From Octopus vulgaris (lineage: Eukaryota), in NCBI GenBank assembly GCA_951406725.2, contig OX597834.1:25110001-25174000 (forward strand): a DNA stretch of 64,000 nt, written 5' to 3'. Positions 1 through 13,241 of this stretch are shown here, piece by piece. Numbering within the stretch: position 1 is the first letter of the stretch; each line of letters begins with the position of its first letter. The notes below the pieces were generated by a model. That model had not been told where the DNA came from, did no database searches, and worked only from the letters and a program-made list of their open reading frames with translations. The position numbers and the translations under genes are program-made.

Positions 1-229
1 ACGTAAAGACAGACGAAATACCTATTTCTTTATTACCCACAAGGGCCTAAACATAGAGGGGACAAACAAGGACAGACATAGGTATTAAGTCGATTATATC
101 GACCCCAGTGCGTAACTGGTACTTAATTTATCGACCCCGAAAGGATGAAAGGCAAAGTCGACCTCGGAGGAATTTGACCTCAGAACGTAAAGACAGACGA
201 AATACCGCTAAGCATTTCGCCCGGCGTGC
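1..229 (-). mobile_element. tRNA-derived SINE family A (head-to-tail dimer form, runs off window start)
   Basis: Reverse complement of the repeat at 4554-4959 and 31813-32225 (B-box-like GAGTTCAAATTCC, core GTCGACTTTGCCTTTCATCCTTTCGGGGTCGA). Contains the dimer junction GACGAAATACCTATTTCTTT at 12-31. Confidence 0.85.
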
Positions 230-297
230 AACTATTGTCATACCGACCTACCAACATATACGTCCACACACATACACACACACAATACACACATACA

Positions 298-1190
298 CGA
301 GAGGTTGCCGAAAACTTCCTGACTTCGGGTATCGGCTACCAAATGTTATCATACAGTATGAGTTCTCCTATTCACTGCATATACATGTGAACATCTGCAA
401 ATATCCATAGAGTATAAACAAAGCATTTTAATACGATAAAATAGATCGAACAGGCTTTATTGCAATTCTCTGCAATTGTTTCAGCGCATCGTTATGAGCT
501 GTTAATTGCTGAATGTTAGATAAACTATACGCATTATTCTATTAATATGATTCAACAATTGCTGTGTACATAAGCATCCTCGGAAGACCAGAGTCAAAGC
601 GCTGCTATATCGTCCATTAGTCTCCTCTCATTTCATAATGTATCATTATCAGCTATAAATTGCTGAATTTTACATATATTGCAGTGCTGCAGCCGCTTGG
701 TAAAAGCCCCGTGGAAGCCCTCCAAACTGAAGGTATCCAGAACCCTTGTAACAGCCTCTTTCATCTTCAAAACGACTGTCCCTAAGGTTCTCCTTTAGCT
801 TGGGAAATAACATAAAGCCACGGGAAGCAAGGTCTGGACTGTAGGCAGGGTGATGGACAATTTTGAAGTCCGTCTCTGTCAAGTAGTTGGGCACTACGAA
901 CAAACTTTGCAAAAATTTTGTGTGTAGTTGCCACATCAACTATAAATTACATGCCTATTGCCTTACGGCATATGACGCTCTTTAACCAGAAAATTGCGAA
1001 TTTTCTCAAAGAGCTCAGATGTTCTGATGTCCTTCTCCCTCGCACACCTCTTATCGTCTCTAACCTTCTCTTCACCGTCCTTGAAACTCTTGTGCCAGCA
1101 AAAAAAATTATCCGTAAACAATCTAGAGTATTGCATAATTTTCTGTAGCATTTTTGCCCCGTTTAACACAAAACATTATTGCATGGTGGG
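298..1190 (-). mobile_element. Internally deleted mariner transposon remnant
   Basis: ORF 670-939(-) has HPAYSPDLASRGFMLFPKLK (mariner YSPDLAPSD motif). ORF 963-1169(-) has WHKSFKDGEEKVRDDKR (mariner HTH/GRP region). Mariner-like terminus CGAGAGGTTGCCGAAAA at 298. Boundaries approximate. Confidence 0.75.
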
Positions 1191-1469
1191 GGGAGGGTTT
1201 TCAAAACGTCCCGACTGCGTTCGGTAAACCAGCCAGCCGTGGCAAGCCGTGGCAAACCGTGGCAAGCAGTGTGTGACAAGCAGTATTTACTAGGGTGTGC
1301 TCAAAGTGCTGTTACCGCCGTCTCCTTCAATCTGGAACAACAAAAGTCGACAAATGAGCTTATTAGTCGTATAATAATGATAGACTGGAATTACAATTAT
1401 CTAGGACGATTATAACAGCTTCTAAATGAAACTCTCAAAACTACTGGAATGCACCGCACACACACACAC

Positions 1470-1519
<50 letters not shown>

Positions 1520-1530
1520 ACATATATATG

Positions 1531-1650
1531 AGCGCAGGCGTAGCTGCGTGGTAAGACGTTTATTTCCTAAACATGGTTCTGGGTTCAGTCCCACTGCGTG
1601 GCACCTTGGGTAAGATTCTTCTACTATAGCCTCGGGTCGACTGAAAAGAA
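1531..1650 (+). mobile_element. SINE family B, 5' part
   Basis: GCGCAGGCGTAGCTGCGTGGTAAG...GGGTTCAGTCCCACTGCGTGGCACCTTGGG matches the head of the copy at 5386. Confidence 0.75.
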
Positions 1651-1787
1651 CCATCGTGTATATATATATATATATAATGTATACATTTATATATATATGG
1701 TGGTGCTATTAAGTTAGACATGGCCTGGGCCAATAATGGCCGAAACCTATCAAAGTATCAAAGTATATATTTATATATATATATATA

Positions 1788-3091
1788 CGAGGGACGTTCA
1801 TTAAAGATTTTTCCCCTGACCCACTTTCGGTTATTGCAGGAAACGGAACTTGTACAGGTATAGTTATACATGTCTTTACATGTCACATTGTAAATTGCAG
1901 CTGTCCACTAATATTAATTTGTCCTTTACGGCTGCTGAAGTGGACTAAGGTGTCACAATAGAGGCAGCTGAATGCAGATCAATGATCAAGTTCTTATACT
2001 TGAAAGGTCATACATCAAAAGAAACTTTCGATGAGATGAAAGAAGTTAATCGTGCCGATGCGCCATCATACGATGTAGGCAAGCACTGGTATCGCCAGTT
2101 CAAATGTGGTCGGGCATCAGTGGAAACTGCTCCTATTCCTCGACGACCGCATTTTGCCATTGATGACGGCACCATCCATAAAGTGGAAGCCACCATTTTG
2201 GAGAATCGCCACATAACTATTCAGCAATTAGCCCAAGAAGTGAAGATGAGTGTAGGGTCCGTGGAAAAAAACGATCATTCACGATCATTTGCACATGCGT
2301 AAGCTGTTTGCAAGATGGATTCCCCGGATGTTCACACCTTTTCAGAAGCAGGAACAAATCAATTGCTCCTAGGTTTTTTTTAGCAATGTGCCAAGAAAAC
2401 GAAGAGGACTTTTTCGGCAGACTTATCACACAGGATGAAACATGAATCCACCATTATGATCCTGAGACTAAAGTCCAGTCGAAGTAATGGAAGCATGATA
2501 ACTCACCACCTCCAAAAAAGGCTCGTGTCCAACCCTCAGCAGCAGGTAAGGTGATACTCACAGTCCTTTGGGACCAGCGCGGAGTAGTGATGATGGATTT
2601 TCTGGCAAAGAGCAACACAATTAACGAGGTATATTATGCTTCTCTGCTGCAGAAATTGTTGGACGCCATCAAAGTAGTGACGCGTGGCTATGCTAACCAA
2701 AGGAGTCCGCGTCCTCCAAGACAACGCCGCAGTTCACAATGCGCATGTTGCCTAGATGAAAGCACACTCCCGCGGCTATGAAATCCTTCCTCATCCCGCT
2801 TACTTTCCAGACCTCACACGATCTGACTTCGACTTCTTTCCAACCATGAGCTTTATTTCAAGAGGATGCACTTTTCTGATGATGATGAACTTATTTCCGG
2901 GGTAAAGTCTTGCCTCCAGACGCAACCTACCGACTTCTGCAAACAAGGTCTTCACAGCTGCATAAAGTGAAGTGAGAAGTGTGTCACCACCGGTGGTGGG
3001 TCTGTAGAAAAGGACTAATAATTATGCCAAGTTTCTTTTATCCCAGTCCTTGAGAAGTGGGTCAGAGGAAATCTTTAATGAACAGCCCTCG
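1788..3091 (+). mobile_element. Full-length (~1.3 kb) mariner DNA transposon, decayed
   Basis: ~40-bp imperfect TIRs CGAGGGACGTTCATTAAAGATTTTTCCCCTGACCCACTT (from 1788) and AAGTGGGTCAGAGGAAATCTTTAATGAACAGCCCTCG (to 3091). TA on the left, TG on the right. Encloses a transposase pseudogene. Confidence 0.93.
1958..3018 (+). pseudogene. mariner (D,D34D-type) transposase pseudogene
   Basis: IKFLYLKG...WYRQFKCGRASVE...RRP (HTH), WIPR, ITQDET* (DETW with a stop), LQDNA, YFPDLTRSD (YSPDLAPSD), C-terminal GGSVEKD*. Several frameshifts and stops. Confidence 0.9.
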
Positions 3092-3105
3092 TGTGTATAT
3101 ATGTG

Positions 3106-3385
<280 letters not shown>

Positions 3386-3488
3386 CCAGAGGTTTTGGAT
3401 ACGCTGGAGCATCGTCATTAATATGAAACTGTTGGCCCTTGACTCACTCTGCTAAATGTGTGTGCGTGCATGCGTGTGAGTGTTATGG

Positions 3489-3526
<38 letters not shown>

Positions 3527-3590
3527 GTAGTAGTAGTAATGGAACACCCCTCCCACGTGACGAGTGGTATGTGCTAGTCGTTACAAATAC

Positions 3591-3790
3591 TGTGACGTAG
3601 GAACTCGAGGGGAGTGCCAGTTGGGAGTCGATCGATAGATAGTCCTGCCTTTACTTGTCTAACTATACTGCTATGCCGGAGTGGACGTTATAAGTTCAAC
3701 GTTGGATTACAATAGTGGCGATGAAGAATTAACAAACTCAGAAGGAATTAACAAACTCACGAGGATTGAGCAAATGCATAAAGTGTTACA
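3591..3790. mobile_element. Possible solo LTR (200 bp, TG...CA)
   Basis: Begins TGTGAC and ends GTTACA (imperfect inverted termini). Flanks ATAC/AAAC give a weak 4-bp TSD. Internal direct repeat GAATTAACAAACTCA / GGAATTAACAAACTCA. Confidence 0.3.
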
Positions 3791-4553
3791 AAACTCACTA
3801 AATTTTTGTACGAATTTTAAGGTATACATATCTGTTGTACTGAGACAATCTTCTTGATGTAACATCGTTGGAATGCGTCGAGCTCATCTTTTAGTTTGGC
3901 GCTATATGGCAACCATAATTGGGTGCAGCAATCTAGGATACTAAGAACAAATGTTCTCCGCGGGTTCCAACGTGGTCTCTTTGCTTTGTTCTAAATGATG
4001 TCGGAATCCACCCAATGGTGCCTGCTCAATGTTGTTATCTTAGTAATATGTACATGAAATATGTGTAAGGAAAGTAGTTTAAGTGCGCTCGTTTTGCATA
4101 TGAGAGGTAGCGGGGACTGTTACTATTTGAGATTTTCTTGCAATTTAAAACTATGGCGGTGAACTGATAAAATTGTTAGCACGCTGGACAAAATGCTTTG
4201 CAACATCTGGGTTCAAGTTCAAAACGAAATGCCGCTAAACGTTTTGCCGGTGTGCTAACGAGTCTGCTAGCTCGCTGCCATACCCACTTACATATAGCAT
4301 TTAGGTCTTGCTGTTTACTTTGTGATATCGTCAGGGTTCTTGACTATCAGTGTTCTTATTGTACCGGCATCTAAAAATGAGTACCAGCTGAGAACTGGTG
4401 CAGCTTTCTCCACCTCTTCCCGCCATATCATTGATATTCTGCAGGGCCCATCATGAGAGAGCCAAAAGAGCGTATATGTCTACTTGCTACTGTGCAAAAT
4501 CACGGTAAATAATTAGCGAAATCATGGTAATAATGCTAATTCGTTTCACATAA

Positions 4554-4959
4554 GGCGGCGAGCAGGCAGAAACGTTAGCACGCCGGGCGAAATGCTTAGC
4601 GGTATTTCATCTGCCGCTACGTACTGAGTTCAAATTCCGCCGAGGTCGACTTTACCTTTCATCCTTTCGGGGTCAATTAAATAAGTACCAGTTACGCACT
4701 GGGATCGATGTAATCGACTCAATCCGTTTGTATGTCCTTGTTTGTCCTCTCTGTGTTTAGCCCCTTCTGGGTAGTAAAGAAATAGGTATTTCGTCTGCCG
4801 CTACGTTCTGAGTTTAAATTCCGTCGAGGTCGACTTTACCTTTCATCCTTTCGGGGTCGATAAATTAAGTACCAGTTACGCCCTGGGGTCGATATAATCC
4901 GTTTGTCTGTCCTTGTTTGTCCCCTCTGTGTGTAGCCCCTTGTGGGCAGTAAAGAAATA
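4554..4959 (+). mobile_element. SINE family A, full head plus tandem second unit (dimer)
   Basis: tRNA-like head GGCGGCGAGCAGGCAGAAACGTTAGC...GAGTTCAAATTCC. The ~185-bp unit repeats after AAAGAAATA|GGTATTTCG at ~4785. Confidence 0.9.
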
Positions 4960-5385
4960 AGAATCGTTGCCGCGCAGGGAAAAATACTTAGCGGCATTTC
5001 GTCCGTCTTCACATTCTGGGATAATATTCTCCCGCGGTCTATTTGCCGTTCATCTCTTCGGGGGCGATAAGATAAGTACCAGATGAATACTGGGGCCAAT
5101 GAAATTTACCCAAAATTGCTAGCATTGTGCCAAAATTTGAAATCAATAAGTCATCTTACAATTTCAGACGTAAATTATAAAATTTAGCTCACGTTGTAAG
5201 ACAAGTTCTATGATTTAAGTCGTGGGTGTATTGTCAAGTCATGCACAAGTGTCTAATTAGAGGAATAGACAGGTAGAGAGAGAGAGAGAGAGAGAGAGAC
5301 TGAGAGACTGAGAGACATATTCTAAAACAGATGGACAAATAAACATACTTCACACATACATGTGTGTGCGTGTGTATGTATTTAT

Positions 5386-5554
5386 GCGCAGGAGTGGCTG
5401 TGTGGTAAGTAGCTTCTAACCAACCACATGGTTCCGGGTTCAGTCCTACTGCGTGGCATCTTGGGCAAGTGCCTTCTGCTATAGCCCCGGGCCGACCAAT
5501 GCCTTGTGAGTGGATTTGGTAGGCGGAAACTGAAAGAAGCCTGTCGTATGTATG

Positions 5555-5634
<80 letters not shown>

Positions 5635-5838
5635 TCTCCCTAGCATTGCTTGACAACCGATGCTGGTGTGTTTACGTCCCCGTCACTTAGCGGTTCGGCA
5701 AAAGAGACCGATAGAATAAGTACTGGGCTTACAAAAGAATAAGTACCAGGGGTTGATTTGCTCCACTAAAGGCGGTGCTCCAGCATGGCCACAGTCAAAT
5801 GACTGAAACAAGTAAAAAAAGTAAAAGAGTAAAAGAGT
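5386..5838 (+). mobile_element. SINE family B, full length, with internal (TA)n(TG)n
   Basis: A-box TGGCTGTGTGG, B-box GGTTCAGTCC, CORE-like CTTGGGCAAGTG, internal microsatellite, tail CATGGCCACAGTCAAATGACTGAAACAAGTAAAA. More than 10 copies in the window. Confidence 0.88.
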
Positions 5839-6583
5839 ATGTACGTGTATGTGTGGGTATATTTATGTATGTGTACGTGTATGTGTGTGCTTTCTGACGC
5901 ACCCTGCCGTAAACGCTGAAATACTGACAAACTCAGGAAGAAAGGGTAGGTGGAGGCGGTGATTGTTCAAAATCACTCATCGATTATCGATTGGATACAG
6001 ATAACCTTGAAATGAAAATAGATGCAAACAACAACTACCACTCTCACCACTACACGTCAAAAACACCACTACCACCAACACCAATACAACAACCAGCACT
6101 GCAACTAACACTACCATCACTATTGCTAACACCACGACCACAACTAACACCATCTCTACGACAACCACTACTACCATTACTACTGCCGCTAAGACCACTA
6201 CCACTACCACCACAACCATAACCACCACAACAACCACCACCACCACCACCAGAATTACAACGCTGCACTGAATGATAAGACGACCGTAGAGAATGCAACA
6301 ACATGCAATCAGGTAAGATTGATTGCAGGAAGTACTTTTAGTGGTAGTTAATACTTAACAGGATGCAGGAAGCGGTGGGTGTTCGGTGGTGGTGGTGGTG
6401 GTGGTGATGGTGGTGGTGTTTGATAAGCAGGAGATGTCGGGGAGAGAGAGGAAGATGGCGAAGGAGACGGTTCAATTGATAGTCATCAAACACGCTCGGG
6501 TGGAATAGATACCACTTGGTATGTATATGAGATACGTAAGTGTATATATATATATTTCTTTCTTTTGTTATCTTACCGTTTTA

Positions 6584-6624
<41 letters not shown>

Positions 6625-6930
6625 GTATCTCATATACAAATGTATAGAAATCTTCTATACAAATAAGCAGGTTGGGATGAATAAAGTGAATCTAGTCAGT
6701 GTAAGCATTGTGGATGTTTAACCAGACATCAAGGGAAGAATTAGATGATGGCCTGCAATTCGCACTTAGTCCGTCCCTTCTATTTGAGAATAACAGACAA
6801 TATGGTGATTCTCAGTAATGCACAAGACTCAGAGCTTTAAACAACTCCGTTGTTTAAAGCTTCTGTTTTATTTAACACTGCCCATGAGATCTTTCTCTGT
6901 CCAAATATACTTTGAAAGTGGCATGGTATT

Positions 6931-7231
6931 TTCACTTCAACTTCTTTATTATTCTTATTTTAGTGTGATTTTGTCTGAAATCTTTCGTCCAGTATAGACT
7001 AAACAGAACAGGAGGAGGAGAGTGGGATGGAGAAACGCTGAACTGATGAACTGGTCACTGGATGTGCGACGAAAGATCTCAGACAAAAGACACTAAAATA
7101 AGTATAATAAGTTCATGAGTTCAGCGTTTCTCCATCCCACGTTCCTCCTCATGTTCTGTTTAGTCTGTACTGGACGAAAGATTTCAGACAAAACCACGCT
7201 AAAATAAGAATAATAAGGCAGTTGAAGTGAA
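6931..7231. repeat. Local inverted duplication (~120-bp arms)
   Basis: 6931-7052 is the diverged reverse complement of 7110-7231. The spacer holds a third partial copy (7068-7110, matching 7173-7216). Confidence 0.9.
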
Positions 7232-7343
7232 CACCAAGTACATAGTGTGTGTGATGAATTGGCAAAAGAAAATATGACCCTCCCCAAATATAACAATATC
7301 TGTTTCAACATCAGGAATCTTGCAAGACAAATACATAAACGTA

Positions 7344-7428
<85 letters not shown>

Positions 7429-7435
7429 AATATAG

Positions 7436-7597
<162 letters not shown>

Positions 7598-7630
7598 AAT
7601 ATATACACACACACACAATGTAATATACAT

Positions 7631-7661
<31 letters not shown>

Positions 7662-7809
7662 CATATATATATATATGTCTTTGCGTAAGCGTCTGTCCCT
7701 CACCACCACTTGAGAACCAGAATTGGTTGGTTTACATCCCCCTGTCACCTAGCAGTTCAGCAAAAGAGACTGACAGAATAAGAATCAGGCTTTACAAAAA
7801 AATAAATAA

Positions 7810-8275
7810 TGGCACGTAAAAAGCACCATCCGAGCGTGGCTGTTCACCAGCCTCCTCAGTTCCCTGTGCGGGTGGCACGTAAAAAGCACCCACTACACTC
7901 ATGGAGTGGTTGGCGTTAGGAAGGGCATCCAGCTGTAGAAACATTGCCAGATAAGACTGGGCCTGGTGCAGCCTTCTTGCTTCCCAGACCCTGGTCGAAC
8001 CATCCAACCCATGCTAGCATGGAAAACGGACGTTAAAAGCACCAACCGATCATGGCCATTGCCAGCCTCTCCTGGCACCTGTGCAGGTGGCACGTAAAAA
8101 GCACCCACTACACTCATGGAGTGGTTGGCGTTAGGAAGGGCATCCAGCTGTAGAAACATTGCCAGATAACACTGGAGCCTGGTGCAGCCTTCTGGCTTCC
8201 CAGATCCCCGGTCGAACTTCGTCCAACCCATGCTAGCATGGAAAGCGGATGTTAAACGATGATGATGATGATGAA
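7810..8275 (+). mobile_element. Interspersed repeat family C (two tandem units, (GAT)n tail); SINE/LINE 3' end
   Basis: GGCACGTAAAAAGCACCCACTACACTC...GGAAGGGCATCCAGCTGTAGAAA...CATGCTAGCATGGAAAGCGGATGTTAAACGATGATGATG occurs twice; reverse copy at 23264-23462. Confidence 0.75.
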
Positions 8276-8519
8276 ACACTGGGGTTGGTTTATTAGACTA
8301 AACTTTTTCAGGTCGGAGCTCAGCATGGCCGCAGTCTAATGACTGAAACCAGGAAAATATAAGGAAAAGTAAAATAGATTTATATTCCAAAAGAACAGCT
8401 TAAGAATGTGTTATGTTGCAAGTTCGGATGCCTTCTACTCAGCTCGACTCCTTCTATACTCTGACCTATTCTACTGACGTCTAGGCTTCTCCCCTCTATT
8501 ACTCTTTTTTTTTACTTTT

Positions 8520-8695
8520 TTACTTTTTTGTTTCAGTCATTTGACTGCGATGCTGCCTTTTAGTCGAGCAAATCGAGCAAATCGACCCCGTGAGCCCAGT
8601 GAGCCCAGTACTTATTTTCGTTTTTTTTTTAAGTGACGGGGACGCAAACACACCAGCATCGGTTGTCAAGCAATGCTAGGGGGACAAACACACAA

Positions 8696-8705
<10 letters not shown>
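8520..8705 (-). mobile_element. SINE family B, 3' half
   Basis: GTTTCAGTCATTTGACTGCG...CACCAGCATCGGTTGTCAAGCAATGCTAGG is the reverse complement of the 5386 copy's tail. Confidence 0.75.
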
Positions 8706-8729
<24 letters not shown>

Positions 8730-8736
8730 TCTCTCT

Positions 8737-8836
8737 NNNNNNNNNNNNNNNNNNNNNNNNNNNNNNNNNNNNNNNNNNNNNNNNNNNNNNNNNNNNNNNN
8801 NNNNNNNNNNNNNNNNNNNNNNNNNNNNNNNNNNNN
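8737..8836. other. Assembly gap (100 N)
   Basis: Run of exactly 100 N, typical of a scaffold join of unknown size. Confidence 0.99.
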
Positions 8837-9133
8837 CACACTAGAAGGCATCACCTCCCTCTCTACCCTCACCTTCCTCTTTAAATGACATTTAAAGAAA
8901 TTGATGAGAGCTTTAACAGATAGGAATCTGCCTGTCTTAAAACCGTTCAGATTGGTCACCATACAGCTTCTTTTATCACAGCCACTAAGCAGAAAAAAAT
9001 CTGCCTTCCTTCTCTGCTTAAGGAAGGTGGTACGTCAATCTTCACTATATACTCAGCAGACAGCTGAATTCGTCTTGCACGCGGTAACAGCTGCTCCACA
9101 CAATCCCACAACTCTCTAATGCACGGACACTGG
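8837..9133 (-). mobile_element. L1/Tx1-like LINE ORF2 C-terminal fragment
   Basis: Minus-strand translation ...GFKTGRFLSVKALINFFKCHLKRKVRVEREVMPSSV resembles the Tx1-type ORF2 end. Related 'ERELLS' remnant near 46170-46270. Confidence 0.45.
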
Positions 9134-9138
9134 ATTAT

Positions 9139-9772
9139 TGCATACAGGACGGTTTCGTCCCTCTGCTAGCATCTCGGGCAGGTTCGGCTGTTGGTGCCCT
9201 GATACAATACCAGGCACTGTCTCTCATGGTTTCTGATCTTAACTGATCAGAAGTGCTATCATGTACGTTGTTTTGCCTTCGTATAAAAGATGGGCTACAG
9301 CAAATGTTCTGCTCAATACCACAGATTTGCTTGTCTGTTGTTTGACCCAAACCAGTTGAGCATTAGTGGCTGATATGTGCATCGCTGATCAAGACCTATG
9401 TAGTGGGGAGCATCATAGACATGTGTTGAGATGAATTCTTTAGGGTTTGAATAATTCACCTCTGGAAACGAGTCACCTCTGGAAACGAGTGTTTCGTTCA
9501 ACATCCTTATACACCCCTTACTCAGGAACCTTTTGAGCGGGATGGGCCTCTCAACTTAAAGAAAATTCTAAGTGAGCCCCATGTGCAAGGTCATGCGTTG
9601 TTAATCTTGATATGAGATCACCATGTCGTGCACATATGGTTGTCAGGCATGTGCCTGGTGCACCCTTATCAGACGGGTAGTCATGATGGGTACATTGGAC
9701 TTCGTATACTTGTATCCCAGTGTCACTTTGATGGCATGCGCTGCTCTCTCACTCAATAATAATAATAATAAC

Positions 9773-9816
<44 letters not shown>
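9139..9816 (+). mobile_element. Interspersed retroposon 3' end with (AAT)n tail (family F)
   Basis: Ends GTCACTTTGATGGCATGCGCTGCTCTCTCACTC(AAT)n. The same ~140-bp 3' end recurs at 10345-10525 between (AAT)n tracts. Confidence 0.6.
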
Positions 9817-9818
<2 letters not shown>

Positions 9819-10246
9819 TTTTCTTTACTGGCCAAGAGGGCCGAACACACAATAAAAAGGGATAATACAGCACTTCGTATATAAAATAGAAACAAGAACA
9901 ATTAATAACAAAAATTCAAGATGATGGAGTTCCACCCAGGGGCAACCAAGGGATCCCACACGTTCTGGTTACCCCAGCCTTTAGGAGCACCTCAACAGGT
10001 GTCTTTCTCTCTCTCCTTCTCAACATACAAGCGTATGTTCAGAGTAGACCCGTTCATGCAGGCCATCCTCGCCACGACCCTTTCAACTAGAGGCACAATG
10101 CCTGAAATTTCAGGGGAGAGGGACGAGTCGATTACATCGACCCCAGTACTCGACTGGTACTCAATCTACTGACCTCCAAAGGATGAAGAGCAAAGTCAAC
10201 CTCGGCTGAACTTGAACTCAGAAATAACAATAGTAACAATAATAAC

Positions 10247-10281
<35 letters not shown>

Positions 10282-10283
10282 TA

Positions 10284-10346
<63 letters not shown>

Positions 10347-10486
10347 CCTGGTGTACCCTTATCATGCCTGGTATACCCTTATCATGCCTGGTGTACCCTT
10401 ATCAGACGGGTAGTCATGATGGGTATGCTGGGCTTCGTATATTTTACCCCAGTGTCACTTTGATGGCATGCACTGCTCTCTCACTC

Positions 10487-10526
<40 letters not shown>

Positions 10527-10981
10527 TCATGATGATGATGATGATATTTTTATTTGCCACAGGGGCGTCAGATGAGGGGGACATTACAAAGACGTTTTAT
10601 GATTTGTGCGGATTTACATAAAAGATGGAGTGAGGAAGGGTCGGGGAGGTGAAATGAGATAAAAGTATGCGTAACATGCGAAGTTATGTGAATGCATGAA
10701 TGACGCAATCCTCCCGATAAAGGAGAACACCCCACCAGCGCCAGTCGAGGAACTGAACGGATCCTGGCTCACCCTGACTATCAAAGGTACGAGCCCTCGT
10801 CTTTCTTCTCCAATCTACAGGTACATGCTTAGAGTAAGTCCATTCACCCTGGGCCGCAGATGCTTCCTAAGACTTGGGCGACATTATAAGAAAGATGTAA
10901 TAAAAAGATACAAAAGGGTGGTGGAGGAGGATCCCAACAATAGCAAGAACAAGAACAACAATACACAGATAAGAATAATAT

Positions 10982-11278
10982 CACCGTGATCACCGTGACC
11001 GACCAGGCTATCAGATGTTGTTACACATCGCTTGGCATTGTTTTAGCCTTCGAACGACGCCACCCCGCTGACTAAGCGAGTAGGCCAACAGAAGAAAGAG
11101 TGAGAGAAAGTTGTGGCGAAAGAGTACAGCAGGGATGGCCACCCCCCCCTGCCGGAGCCTCGTGGAGCTTTAAGTGTTTTCGCTCAATAAACACTCACAA
11201 CGCCCGGTATGGGAATCGAAACCGCGATCCTACGACCGCGAGTCCGCTGCCCTAACCACTAGGCCATTGCGCCTCCAC
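10982..11278 (-). mobile_element. tRNA-derived SINE family E (tail type 1) with TSD
   Basis: Minus-strand head GGAGGCGCAATGGCCTAGTGGTTAGGGCAGCGGACTCGCGGTC...GGTTTCGATTCCC. Direct repeat CACAGATAAGAATAATAT at 10964-10981 and 11276-11293. Confidence 0.88.
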
Positions 11279-11424
11279 AGATAAGAATAATATAAATAAT
11301 AGAAAAATAATATAATAGAAAAATAAAAAATAAATAACAAGAAGCGAAGTTTCGGATTTGGGCGCGCAACACCTCTTATGAAAGTAAATAAGGATTACAA
11401 CTTTTTTTCTAGTATTTACTGAGT

Positions 11425-11729
11425 GGCACTCCTACACATGTGTGCCCCGCCGATTAATCGTGATCTGCACACTCTGAAAGATGTTTATAGAAAATTTCAT
11501 TAAAAAAAATTACTCGTGTTTTTGAAAGTTATGTGTAAAGAAAGTCGTCTCGGGTGAATTTTCCGAAACTCCTCATCCAACCTTGGGAATATTTTTTTCA
11601 CCACATATTCCGGTATAATTAGAATGTACACCATCTGAAGCATTTTTGTAGAAAATTTCATCATAACATGCATTTTTCTGGAAGTTATGAGGCAACAAAG
11701 TCGGTGGGGCACACATGTGTAGGACTGCC
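11425..11729. mobile_element. MITE (~305 bp) with 29-bp TIRs and 9-bp TSD
   Basis: GGCACTCCTACACATGTGTGCCCCGCCGA / TCGGTGGGGCACACATGTGTAGGACTGCC (27/29 complementary). Flanks TTACTGAGT (11416-11424) and TTACCGAGT (11730-11738). Confidence 0.8.
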
Positions 11730-12309
11730 TTACCGAGTTTTATACGAAATAATAAAATAATATTTTTCTGAAAGAATAATAATAATATTTTATTTTAATT
11801 TGGTTTATTACAATTATACCCTTCCTTATAACGTTTCGTTTACCTTGAGGGGTGTGGCACTTTGGGTACCTTATCCAAAACTCCACCGAAAGGAAACATA
11901 AAGCAATGAAGAACAAGAAAATAATAAATAGAATCATTAAAATGTTTGGAAGTTGGGAGGGGCGAACAAATGTAGAAAATGACAGAACTGCAACCCATCC
12001 TAGGCCACCACATCGAATCATAGTGACTCACCAAAGTAAGGGACCTCCCCATCGATAAAATATATTGAATTCTGGACTTACCTTCGACCTCCATCAATTG
12101 TTTCTGTCAAGGTAAGAGACGAGACCGGGTAATGATTGGCAGTAAGAATTCAGAACACTCGACATACATGCAGACATATATCTATATTTACATATATATA
12201 CATTACTGTACTACACATATACACATTTGAATGTATATATATATATATACACACACAGACACGTGTGGATTGCTAACAATACATTCACACAAGTGTATAT
12301 ATATGTATG

Positions 12310-12341
<32 letters not shown>

Positions 12342-12731
12342 TGTATGTATGTATGTATGTACGTGTGTGTGTTTATATGAATGTGTATATATATATATAT
12401 ATATATATCTATGTATGTATGTATAAATATATAGATCTTTTCACCGGGTGTTGTTATAGAGGGATTGTAACTGTGTTTTTTCTATATGTTGTTGATTTAG
12501 TTGTTATTTAACCCCGAGTCAGACAGGGTTGATAAGGCAGAACTATGATCAAAGGCAGTCCAGTCGTGATAAGTCGAGGGTTACATTTATCCAACGCTCC
12601 TTCCCTAAAACTGTCAGTGTGTGTGTGTGTGAACGAACTGAGACTTGGCTGCTATTTCTACCAGTTTTACCGGACACGTACAGGCTTCACCATTGGCTCC
12701 TGTCGGCGATGTTGACGCCACAGTTTTAATT

Positions 12732-12789
<58 letters not shown>

Positions 12790-13085
12790 CGGTAGTGGTG
12801 GCGGTGGTGGTGGTCTTTATTTTTTGCTGCTGTTGTTGTTGTTGTTGTTGTTGCCGGCAGCAGCGAGCTGCAAGCTAATGTGTCATTTAGTGAGGGGTGT
12901 CAGAAGAACAAGTGTTGTTGGTGAGTGTGTGTGTGTGTGTGTGTGACTGACGGGTTGTCAAGTGGGTGGGGGGAGGGAGGGAAGGAGGAAGGGAGGGAGG
13001 GAAAGAGAAAGGGAATGAGGAAAAAGAGAGAGGGAGGAGAAAGGGTGCAGAGAGAAGGAAGAGGATGTGAAGTGATAGAAGACAC

Positions 13086-13159
<74 letters not shown>

Positions 13160-13183
13160 ATATACATATGTATATGTATAAAC

Positions 13184-13241
<58 letters not shown>

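Noticed and set aside
7810-8275. CRISPR-like or satellite array from the recurring GGCACGTAAAAAGCAC
   Set aside because: The intervening sequences are homologous rather than unique spacers, the DNA is eukaryotic, and a dispersed copy exists at 23264.
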